Shown here one piece after another: positions 52,233-64,000 of a stretch of 64,000 nucleotides of DNA; within the stretch, counting starts at the first letter, position 1; every line of letters begins with the position of its first letter. The notes beneath the pieces were generated by a model. The model was not told where the DNA came from. It saw nothing but the letters and a program-made list of their open reading frames with translations, and made no database searches. This DNA is from Octopus vulgaris (taxonomy: Eukaryota): positions 35,340,001 through 35,404,000 of the forward strand of contig OX597826.1 in NCBI GenBank assembly GCA_951406725.2, written 5' to 3'. The position numbers and the translations under genes are program-made.

Positions 52233-54337
52233 ATTTCTGAAACTGGAACAAAGCAAAATATAAGCGAAAGAGAAGATTGGATATCATCATCATCACTTAG
52301 TTGTTTATCTGCCAATATTTTCATCAAGAAGCTACTTTGTCAAATTAAATGTTCACACCCAATCTTATCTGACTGAACAAATGAAAGCTCCACATCCTTC
52401 CCCATTTGCCTCTTATCATTCATTCACTGCAGCATAACCTTGCACAAAATGAAATAGAGATTAGCAAAGGTTTTTACAACGCTATTTTCAGTCACTTCTG
52501 TGGTTTTACAAAATATTTTACAATTATAACGAACGAACATATTATTATACAAGTATCATTATATTATCATTATAGCGATTTTGGTCATTGAAGTGCAGTC
52601 ATGCTGGGAAACTGCCTTCATTTGCATATTTGTATTAAAGAACGATGAAATTTAAATTTACAACAAAATGACTTTTGTATGTTTTGAACCTGATTAGGTA
52701 ATGATTTCCTTTCTCTAATACCATAATTGAGAATATTATCAAGAAAGTTGACTTTAATCATTTATTTTCTCATTTTAATGAGCTGTCACGCTGTTTTCTA
52801 AAATATTTTTAAAGTTTACTTCCCCACAGTGTGGACCGTTCTTCGTTATTTTACCATCTTATGGAACTAATTTCTGTTCAGCTCTTGCAGGCAACAAAAT
52901 ACAAAAATGGCGAGAATGTTCTTCAAATGATTACCTCTGGTTTACAAGTACACATTCATTAAAATATGCACCTATCCTTAACCTTTACATTTTTCCTATA
53001 TTTTTTCTATGGTTTAGCCATTTTATTCCATAGATATCTTCGCAAATAGGGATGCTTCAGAAATACTGGATGTCTAGCTAATAGAGATGGAAATTCTTTA
53101 CATCACAAAATGCAAGATAAACTACACAAAGCAGTAAACACTATTTTTTCCCCATTATGTGAAACAATATTTATTTAGATCATCCTTGTTCCGCCTCATG
53201 TTGATGAAATATAACAAAAAATCAATGTTCGTGGATAAATTGAATAATTCTAAACATAAAACAATAAAACATATGAAACCGAGTTAGACAGAAAGTAATA
53301 CACAGGTTCAGTGGATTCAGTTTTCCAGGTGACTTACCTTCAGATTACCGTAATTAATTGATTGTCCTAAATATTAAAAATATGATTTAATATCGTGGCT
53401 AAGACATTACAATGGGTCTAGTTGTAAAGACACCAGTTAAGGAAGTTTTGCTGAGTGTATGGAGCAACACCTTATTCACCACTAATCGCGGGTCCACTAT
53501 GATCTAGGGTTGTACTATCTACCAAGATACCCAGTTATGGATTAAGTTGTTTGAGATAGTCTTGTAGCTAAAGCGGAGAAGAGCATTTGCGAGACAAATA
53601 TCACACAGGCCTTTGGATAAAGGTTTAATTGGTCCTTTGCCTCACGTGTGTACTCCAGAGAGCAAAAGATCAGCAAATCAAAATGCAAATAAATCGGCAA
53701 AAGGCAACGGAATCCGCTACTGTATCTTTACCAAGAAAAATTATAGATCTTTTCTTCTGGGTATGGTCACTTGAATAAATAATGATCTCTATAAATTGTA
53801 TTACCTGCATCCATTTGTGAAATGGAAGTATGTAAGGCATGAAGTGAAAAAGTTCTTTTACCTATTAGTCATCAAAGAAAGTGGTACCTATGGTAGTTTA
53901 CAACGCCTTCAAGAATTGTGGAAGTGAGAGAGAAAGATACCCTTAAATCAGAAAATTGGTCCCAATTTTTGTAACAGAACTAACTGCATTAAGTGAACCC
54001 TAGATGCAGGTAGTGGTACTGAACATGGTAAGTTTGATTCCAACACTCTGGTAGGCTGTGAGAGGATTGGAATCCAGAGATCGAAGATCCAGAAAAATAT
54101 TGTATGTTATTGCGTTCGATGTTCTTATATCTCATTTATTCCACTCTCCTGGATTGATACATTTTGTACTGATCCCAAAATGATAAAAGGCAAATCTGAC
54201 TCCTGTGAGATATTTCCGTTCAGTATTCAGAGAGGAATAATGAATACTGTGAGTTATTGTATTCTGATATATCAACCAACTCAACCAGTATGGCGTGAGA
54301 AATATTTAAATTGTTTTTTAAAAAGTAACAATGCTAC

Positions 54338-54724
54338 ACATTATTTACATTTGATGGATATTTGTCCTCATCTTGCTTGTTGTTAACACAACGTTTTGGC
54401 TGGTATACCCCCCAGCTTTCATCAGGTGTCTTGGGGAAATTTTGAAGCTGGGTTATTCAGGTCACTGCCTGGGAGAGAAATCGGAATCTTGGGATTAGTA
54501 GCCTGTGCGTTTAACCACTACGCTATATGTCCACAGGCATAATAATAATAACATCGAAAAATACCTTAGGGATGAGAACCCAGATTTGAAATTTCCCCAA
54601 GACACCTGATGAAGGCTGGAGGGACTATCAGCAGAAACATTGTGTTAACAAGAAACAAGATGAGGACAAATATCGGTCAAATGTAAATAATGTACATAAT
54701 TCCTCATCTTTTAAATATAGGACT
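54338..54724. mobile_element. Family C complete architecture: inverted HHR arm, tRNA-like head (minus strand), HHR arm, tail
   Basis: 54338-54454 is the reverse complement of 54577-54692; tRNA-like segment 54457-54535; HHR cores at 54385-54430 (-) and 54601-54646 (+). Confidence 0.85.
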
Positions 54725-55981
54725 GTGAAACAATGATACATTTAAAAATTATAATTTTCTGAAGTGTAATATTTCAATTAATAGTGGATATAAGAAAGCA
54801 TAAACTAATGGTGGTCTTATCTGATAAACTGCCACCAGCTGTTTAATTTTTCAAGCTTCAAAGCAAATTTTGCCTAAATTTCACCAATATTTCTTATGTG
54901 CTTCTCATTTGGATTGAACTATGCTAGTTCATGATTCTGCCAGGCTATATTTCTCCGGATATATTTTATGATGGTAACTTGCAAATCCAGTGAGTTTTGA
55001 ACACAATGGGTTAAGGCATATTAAAAAAGAAAAAAACACCTTCATATACATGTATATTCTTACAGATCTTTTTGTAAATTATAGAGAGCAAGTATCGGGT
55101 CTTGCATTTTAAATATTATCGCACTTTGTACACTAAGCATGTTATGTCAGTGATATCAGTAAAGATAATAATATTAACAGAGACAACGATGACGACGATG
55201 TTGACATCAAAGATTATGCATGTGGATTAACCTAGGCTTACACTTTTTATTATCCTAATTCTTATTTTGATGTAATGGATAACCGGAAATCCTGTCTAGT
55301 TTTAGTAGCATTAGCAATAACGATGTTGAAGGTGAAAATAGCTGTTGTGTTTGAAAATGTGAAAGCAGAGCGAAGGCAGTGTTAGTTGTCGATGGAGGAG
55401 GTGTTGATGGTTGTTGTGATGACGGTGCTAGGGATGGTGGTTAAGCTTTTTTGTGACATGATGGCGCAGGTGGTTCAGGGTGGGGATCGCAATTCAGAAC
55501 AGGGATTATAATAAATAGACAGGAAGTTCATTTTACATGACGAGAAAGAATTCAATAGGTTTTTCAAAAAATCCTCAAAACCAACATATGTTGGAGTCCA
55601 TTAAAAACTTCCTTTTAATGTCGATATGTTGTATTATATTTGAAGTATACACCACAGTCACAACTAGCAGCATAGATATTACTACCACCACCACCGTCAG
55701 CACCAATCACCGACATCATTACCATCATCATAATTCGTAAAGAAGATGTTGACGCATGTGTGTTTATGCATATGTCTGCATGTGAATAAACTTACTAATG
55801 AGAACGGTTATGTTAGTTATGTTGGTATAGAGAAGTACGCCGGGGAGTGTGTGCGCGTGTGCGTGCCTGTGTTGGGTGTAGGAGTTCGATAAGCCTTTCA
55901 GAAGTTCGTTGTTTTAAATTAAATGTTCTCTAGTTCAGTCCCACACTGCGTCAATTGGAGCAATTGCTTTTTACCGATAAC

Positions 55982-56358
55982 CGCAATGGCCCAGTGGTTA
56001 GGGCAGCGGACTCGCGGTCATAGGATCGCGGTTTCGATTCCCAGACCGGGCGTTGTGAGTGTTTATTGAGCGAAAACACCTAAAGCTCCACGATGCTCCG
56101 GCAGGGGATGGTAGTGATCCCTGCTGTACTCTTTCACCACAACTTTCTCTCACTCTTACTTCCTGTTTCTGTTGTACCTGTATTTCAAAGGGCCGGCCTT
56201 GTCACTCTCTGTGTCACGCTGAATATCCCCGAGAACTACGTTAAGGGTACACGTGTCTGTGGAGTGCTCAGCCACTTACACGTTAATTTCACGAGCAGGC
56301 TGTTCCGTTGATTTGGATCAACCGGAACCCTCGTCGTCGTAACCGACGGAGTGCTTCC
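55982..56358 (+). mobile_element. tRNA(Arg)-like SINE (family E2), full length
   Basis: TGGCCCAGTGG A-box, GTTTCGATTCC B-box; core shared with 27334; tail shared with 4226. Confidence 0.9.
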
Positions 56359-58712
56359 ATATCCCATTAATATATATATATATTATACACGTCTATATAT
56401 TTGTATATATATATAGATGTCTATATATATGTATACACATGTACATATATATATATATATACATACATAAACATACATATACACATGTCTGTGTATGAAT
56501 AAATATACCTTTATACATACATATATGTATATATAATCAGCATATTTAAGAGAATTCCATGAATAAATTTAACTGTATTTGTTTTACGTATAACTTCACA
56601 TAAAACGGAACATTTAGATAGATATTTTTGCATGTATGTACTACGGAGAGAGCGAGGGAGAGAATAATGTAGTAAACATTTGCTGTTAATATATCTTTCC
56701 TGAACTTCACGCCGAATGTGCTGTAAATGAAATGCACATACCTGGAGTTACGAGAACGTAATCCAAATGGAAATATACCCTGGAAGTCGAATCGAATAAT
56801 TAAATGAAACCTCATAAATTCAATTTCCTGGCTGTCCCTGCTAAATTTATTTACACACATGAGAAAATTTGATTGTCGGTCATACTTAATGACCTGAGAA
56901 CTGTGCAGTAGTATGGAAACAGCATGATGCTTCATTTGGAATATTTGACTCTGTTCACACTACAACTGCCACAAACTTGGGCATTTTGGCACTTCCCCAA
57001 AAAGGAAAACTATATTACTACACTGCATTTCTAGAGTTTTAAGTGAAAGGAGAAGAAATAGTCACGCTTCTTTCGTTACGTTTAAAAATATTTATTAATC
57101 TTGCTTAATGTGAATGGGCGAAAGAGATGCGTAGCTGTTTAGTATTTTGTTGCACTTCGGTGTTCGAATCCACCAAAAGTTGATAGTTTTCAGTAAACAC
57201 ACACCTCACACCAGTGTCTATAAAATAACCAGCAGTTAAATACTGCAGTCAATGTAACTGTTTATATCATTCCCTTGAGTTCGAGTACTTTTTACCTATG
57301 TTAGAAATGAATCCTAGGTCATCTAAAGGAGGTTATCTGGGAAACGTGTAGACCAAATAATTTTCTCATATTTAGTTGCCTACCTTTACATTCCGACCTT
57401 GAAATCCGTCAGTGTGAAATTTGCCCTTCATCTGCCCAAAATAGATAAAATACACGTTATTGAAGTACTAGAGATGTTTTAATAACCAGTTTTCTCCATC
57501 GAAATGTTAGTCCCCCTCTACAGAGCTTAGAAACATTAATATTCTATCATTTCAGAATACACATTTCAAACTGCAGACAAAATGTCTGTTGTGTTCAGTT
57601 TGTGCAAAAGTGCTCTTCACAATTTAATTAATATTTATAATGTTTACCAGACTATCATTTATGCATATTTTACAGTTATTACAAAGCTTAAGTTTAGAAA
57701 ATGAATTAGTAATACGGAAGAAAAATGATTGCAATTATAGGTCACATGTGTATATATTAAGTAATGAATTTCCTCTTGTTGGCACAACAAGTGTGACAAT
57801 TATTGAAAATATTGTCTATGTAGACAGAACAGCGATATATAGCCACCATCTTGGTGTCAAATTTTGTGTAATATTTATTTTCCATTACTGCTGTATTATC
57901 ATGATACTTTATTTGTCTCAATTCACCACAATGATAGCCGATATAATCTAAATGACAATAAATTATATGTCTATCTGGCTAAGTGTAAGTTACAGACAGA
58001 GAACTGGACTTAAAACGTTGTTCGCCTGGTCGACCAAACTGTAAATATATTGCATCCTATATCATTCAGTAACGAGACGAGAACTGTATAATAAACGAGT
58101 GACCATGAGCCAAAACCGCTTTTATGATCCGGAAGAAGATAATTATAATCTTTTTCAGAGAATTGTGTCCTATAAATTAGATACAAGGTTCACCATGTAG
58201 AGAGCCCAAAGTAGATGTAGAATTTAATACTGTGTTAGTCTATCGAGGAAATAAGGTTTTGAGATACAGGATTATTACTGTACAGGTTCACTGAAGGAAT
58301 ACGGTGTTGGCTTAGTACAGTTATATACAGCATGTTTATCGGCTTAACAGACTACAGACTTCACAGGGTAATACAGGAGAGTGTGGCTTACCGTAAAAAT
58401 ACAGTGATGATTTACAGGCGTGGCACAAGAGGTAACCTCAAACTAATTACTACCTAACTTCTGAGTTGGCTTATCCCGGCAATGCTGAGATTATTTATTA
58501 CGGTAATAGAATGTTAATATTACAAACATATAAGCTGGCAAGCAGGCATAGTTGTTAGCAAGTCGGGAAAAATGTTTAGAGTATTTCGTCCGTCCTTACG
58601 TTCTAAGTTCAATTCCGCCTAGGTCAACTTTGTGCTTCATCCTTTCGGAGTTGATAAAATAAATGCCAGTTGAGCACTGGGGTTGATGTAATTGGCTTAC
58701 CAGCTCTCCTGG

Positions 58713-59056
<344 letters not shown>

Positions 59057-59502
59057 ATTATTGTACAATGTTGTATACTACGTCTACGAAGGCGGGATGT
59101 AAACTTCATCGCCCAACTATGAGGGAATGATGCTAGAGCTGTGAAATCCAGCATGCATTACGTTCATCTCTTCTTAATAACTTAATAATATGATGTGCTA
59201 ATTCTTAACGTTCGCTTCATAGCAGTGGTAGTTATTTCAGTCAACAGACTGGTTTTCTTCGTGCATAAGACGTGCAATTCCTTTTGGCACCAAAATTAAT
59301 TTGGATAAGAAACTTAATTTGTACTAAGCCTCTTTAGAATGTTTTTGTAATCAGTGAGAAATAGGAACAACTGATTAGGATTTCCTGACTTTTAGTGCAT
59401 TGAATAGATGCTACACACAGTGATTACGTCAATTGACGAACAGTAAGGCTTTAGTAACCTATCTTAATATGAGACAAGAGAGACTGTATCAATATTTTGT
59501 AA

Positions 59503-59607
59503 AGGCGTGTGGGCTAGTGGTTAGGATATTGGACTCACGATCGTTAGATTGTGAGCTCTATTCTGAAACTGGGCGGTGCGTTGTGTTCTTGAATAAAACA
59601 CTTCATA
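59503..59607 (+). mobile_element. SINE family E head fragment
   Basis: GGCGTGTGGGCTAGTGGTTAGG..GGACTCACGATCG..GCGTTGTGTTCTTGA..ACACTT. Confidence 0.6.
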
Positions 59608-59749
59608 ACTAACAATGGACACTATAATCAGATGCAGAAGTAAAATGAAAACCAATATTTAGGACACCAAAACGGTACTGTAGGGGGCTATGATATACAT
59701 AGAATTTAAAGCAGATTCTTTGTGATTGTCTTAAGCATGTTCATAGTAA

Positions 59750-60130
59750 GGCGTAGGTATGGCTCTGTGGTTATGAAGCTCACTTTGCAGCTACGAGGTT
59801 TTGAGCGCAGTACCCCAGCATGACACCTTGGAAAAGTGTCTTTTACTATAGCCCCGGGGGCCAATCAATGCCTCATGAGTGAATTTGGTTTACAGAAATT
59901 TTGTGGAAGCTTGCTGCACATACATACATATGTGTGTGTCTTTGTATTTGAACTTGTCTCTCACCACAGCTAGAAAATAGATGTTAGTTTGTTTAGAATC
60001 CTGTAACTTTAGCGGTTCGGCAAAGAGGGGTCCATAGATTAAGTATACCGCGCTGGGGTTAGTTCCTCTAAAAGACTTCAAAGTCGTGCCCCAGTATGGC
60101 TGTAGTCCAAGGACTGAAACAGATAAAAAC
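59750..60130 (+). mobile_element. SINE family B, diverged
   Basis: Head, CORE-like segment and CCAGTATGGCTGTAGTC..GACTGAAAC tail. Confidence 0.82.
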
Positions 60131-61670
60131 AAACATGCTCTGATTAACTGTTTTCTAGCTCTTCCATATTCCCTTGTTTTCCATTTATGTTTAGAATAGT
60201 GTGGAATGTTTTCAAAATCTTTTCCGTGTTTAAAGTAGAAATAAGAGTTTGTCGTAAATTTGAAATAAAATATATAGGAAGATACAAATCTAAGCACAAT
60301 TTGAACGCGAGACTAATTGGACGGGAATGAAGTACTGTAACCTCCAAGCAAGTGTGTCTCTAAACAAGATCGCTTTTAATAGACTTTCAAAAACAGACAC
60401 ACATTATTGGCAAGAAGAAGAAACATAATATTCAACAAAGCTGATCTAATTTCCTTCTCTCCAAACTAACCCAACACAAATATTAGTCAAGTGAAGATAG
60501 ACAAACAGTATGTTTGTCTAAAATATAAATAAAGTATAACATATCGAACATTAAGCGTTACACATTGTCTGCTAGGAAATAGAACATGAAAGTGTATAAA
60601 AGATTACATACAAAAGAAAGTTGAGATTATCAACAAGCTACATCAACCTTCTCAATAGATTTACTGAATTATTCACTTCTCGGAACAGCGACAAAATACT
60701 AAAAAAAAATGTGTCAATAGAAAACGAATCTACTGCCTACATGACCGCTGCTGTTATCATGATGTATTGCTTAGAAATAAACTTATGGAGGACAAGGACT
60801 GACCAGTTATAGATATCAAATGTTTTGTTGAGAATCATTCGGAGTAAGTAGTAGTGATTTGTAAGTCGAGAAGTTATGCCTCAGATGGAGAATATTCTTG
60901 TAACGTTCAACAAGTAAGACTAAAATACATACCAAATTTTCACGCGTCTCGTTTCCAAGGTGATTATCAAAATCGATTGTAAAATGGAAACTGAGATTTC
61001 GGATGGATTTTCGTATGAACACTGGAGTTTTTTTTTCTCTCCGAAGTCAGTAGAAAAAAAGGAACCAAACAACTTCTGAGTATGATACAGTTGTTTATAC
61101 TTAAACACGAGTAAGTCCATAATCAATGTTACCTGCTTTCATATAGTACACTAACTGGATGCAGACTACTGTTCTTACATCTAGATGTTGTTGATTATGA
61201 TGATGATGTTTATGGACACAAGCCAATCTTGCTGGAGTAGAGGAGTTACGTTCAAATATGTTCCAATCGTAGTTATCCTTCTTTTTTTGTATATGTCGAA
61301 CTCTTTATGTCACATGTAGCATACTGTCATACATATATATGGATTCAGTCCTTCTTCATATAAACTTAAGAATATCCTGCATTCAATGTATAAGGGCCTT
61401 AATTGATAAGGATAACAACCTTATTATTATATTCACCATGAAAGAATGTTCTATGGTTTTCTATAAGTGGTCAACCTAATCTTATCCCTCCACACCTCCA
61501 GCAAAATATGGCTTCATTAGTGTTATGTTGTAAGGAAGCATTAAGGCAAAAGACATTGCTTCTCATTGTCTTGGCATATATTTACAATTGTTTTAATCAT
61601 ATTCGACTGCACTTAACTATATCTTCTTAATGCAGAATACACTCCCAAATAAATTTACACAAAATTTTAA

Positions 61671-61887
61671 CACTTCAACATTCAGATTACTCTGTCGAGT
61701 GTAATTGTTATTTATTCACATTATTTTGAATTAATCCTGCATTATCTTGTCGCTTTGAGATCTCAATGATGTGATTGTTTATCTTTAGAATTACGTTATA
61801 TATGTGGAAGAGGCCTGATTTGGTCAGTTTAAACACAACAGGGCTAAAACATTTGGGTCTGATATTGCCGGTTTGTACACTAGAGTG
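61671..61887. mobile_element. piggyBac-like MITE
   Basis: TTAA|CACT...AGTG|TTAA boundaries; short decayed TIRs. Confidence 0.45.
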
Positions 61888-62011
61888 TTAATCAATATTG
61901 TGCTATGTGGGGACTTAATCATTGGTCACTTTACATTTCAAAATTCCGTCCCTTGTTTCTATTGAGAATAGTTGTCATTATTCCATCTCACAGTAGGATT
62001 ATTTTTATTAT

Positions 62012-62410
62012 TTACTTATTTCAGTCTTTGGACTACAGCCAAGCTGGAGTACTACCTTGAAAGGTTTAGTTGAACAAATCGACATCAGTACTTAGATTTG
62101 ATCCAGCGACTTATTTAATCGGTCACTTTTTATCGAACCGCTAAACGACAGGGTCGTTAACTAACCAACACTGGTTGCTAATCTGTGGTGGTGGTGGTGG
62201 TGGTGGTGGTGGGTCAAACACCCACATACATATACATGGATATATACGACGTTATTCTCTCAGTTTCCGTCTATCGAATCCATTCACTCCAAAGGTTTGA
62301 GTCGAAGCGGGACTATAGTGGGAGACATTTGCCCAAAGTGCCGCACAGTGGAACTCAACCAATGACCTCATAGTCTAGAAGTAAATTTCTTATCATAACG
62401 CTACACCTGG
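62012..62410 (-). mobile_element. SINE family B, old diverged copy
   Basis: TTTCAGTC..GACTACAGCCAAGCTGGAG tail, GAACCGCTAA, CAGTTTCCGTCTA, TTGCCCAAAGTGCCGCACAGTGGAACT. Confidence 0.78.
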
Positions 62411-62956
62411 GACTACGATTATTGGCACTTTCGCAATTCACCCAGAAGATACGATTGTGAAATTTCCAATTCGCTCCCACTCTTCCTCTCTCTCATCCCT
62501 CGCCATTCTTTATCTCTCCTCGCTTAGTAGTTTTGTGTGTCAATATATATATATCCGTGCCTTTGTGTATATATGTTTGTGTCTAGTTTCACTGGTACAT
62601 TAAGTATTCATTTGCATGAGGTTTTAAATAAATATTCAAGTTAAATCTTAGTAGAAATTATCTTATTTTATTCTCAAATTTTTATTCAAAAGCAGAATAT
62701 CTGTCTTAGAATGCTGGACAGTTATTTGTTCTCAGACATTTCTCCAGAGAGGATTTCTTCTCTGAAACTCGAGATCTTTTTCAATGCACCTGTTATTAGA
62801 CACTTTCTATACGCTCCTGTTATTTTCACTTGTTTAAGTTTTGTCTGAGGAAAAACTTTCCAAAACACAGAAACAGATGTTTAACTTTGATGTTCTGACA
62901 CCATACAAGTTTCTTTCGGATCGCCTTTCACTACCATAGAAACACATGAGTACAAG

Positions 62957-63063
<107 letters not shown>

Positions 63064-64000
63064 ACACACAGAAAATAATATAAACGTACATACATAAATA
63101 AATGCTAATATTTGTACTAATATACTAACAGAACCATACAATGATAACATTTTATAAATACATATAAGGATAGGCCCCGGAAAAGTGTTTGGTGAAGAGA
63201 TTAGCATTAAATACTAGTGATTAGGGGTTCAATACCACTGCATACCACCATGGGCAAGAGTCTTCTATTGTAGCCTCGATTTCACCAATACAGTATGAAA
63301 TCAGTTTGGTCGATGGAATATGTAGCCGGAAGTATAAGAGCATGTGTCACGTGAGTTCTGATATAAAGTTGGATGGCATAGAAGAATGTACAGGAACAAT
63401 ACACACGTCTGTATTTTGCTATTTGAAACTAACTTTAGCAGAAAAACACCCTGAATTTTGTCCATTGAGCATTGATTTCTTGAGTTAAGAAATTCTTGAT
63501 ATAAAAGAGATGTGAACACTGCACTGCATAAACCAGAATTAGCATTAGTGAGTATTTTTCATAAAAATGGCATAGCAATCTTTCATATAAATTATAACTT
63601 TTCATGTGAGGCCACGACACGCACAATTATACGACATGTACTTGCATATATGTATACACTCATAAATTCATTCACAAATACATAGCAACATGCATATATG
63701 TATATCTACATGTGTGTGTACATATATATATATTTGAAAAAGAAAAAGAATGACTTCACTAGTAGTACCAATTAGTTTAATTTATTATTTTTTAATAATA
63801 TTAATTTTAGTTCATAGATCTAGTAAGTTCTTTGTTAACTTGGGTGTGAAGAATTTAAAAAAAAATTCAAGTTAACTTCTTTAGAGAACCATCTCAGATT
63901 TATTGTCAAAAATATCTGAGGATTTGGGGTTTTGTGATTCTCTGTATATGGGATTTAGGTATGTTTGGGTTGGGGTTGGAGTTTGTTAATCAGTGTGGGA

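Noticed and set aside
53400-53750. Possible decayed RTE-related SINE; similar faint relics at ~4900-5140, 9640-9860, 12930-13110 and 33330-33530
   Set aside because: Too degraded to define boundaries or family from this window alone.
59086-59330. Possible mariner left end (TACGAAGGCGGGATGTAAACTTC)
   Set aside because: No matching right TIR or transposase motif found.

Overview
AT-rich, repeat-saturated eukaryotic non-coding DNA (intron or intergenic). The SINE, LINE and microsatellite repertoire looks like a coleoid cephalopod, probably Octopus; this is inference from repeat families recognised by eye. No host protein-coding gene is confidently visible, and nearly all ORF-track entries are microsatellite read-throughs. 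The coding remnants are all transposon-derived: a Chapaev3-type transposase, RTE and CR1-clade LINEs, Tc1/mariner fossils, and three Penelope-like (Naiad-type) retroelement pieces. One of these carries an uninterrupted 412-aa thumb/linker/GIY-YIG ORF. The most notable signal is more than a dozen intact or decayed minimal type I hammerhead-ribozyme (HHR) motifs. Many sit in short fold-back elements (arm + inverted arm + unique tail) inserted in (TA)n tracts. One family, with 3 copies, carries a tRNA(Ile)-like Pol III head between two inverted HHR arms: a candidate Penelope-mobilised, ribozyme-bearing SINE/retrozyme. All calls were made by eye and coordinates are approximate to a few bases.
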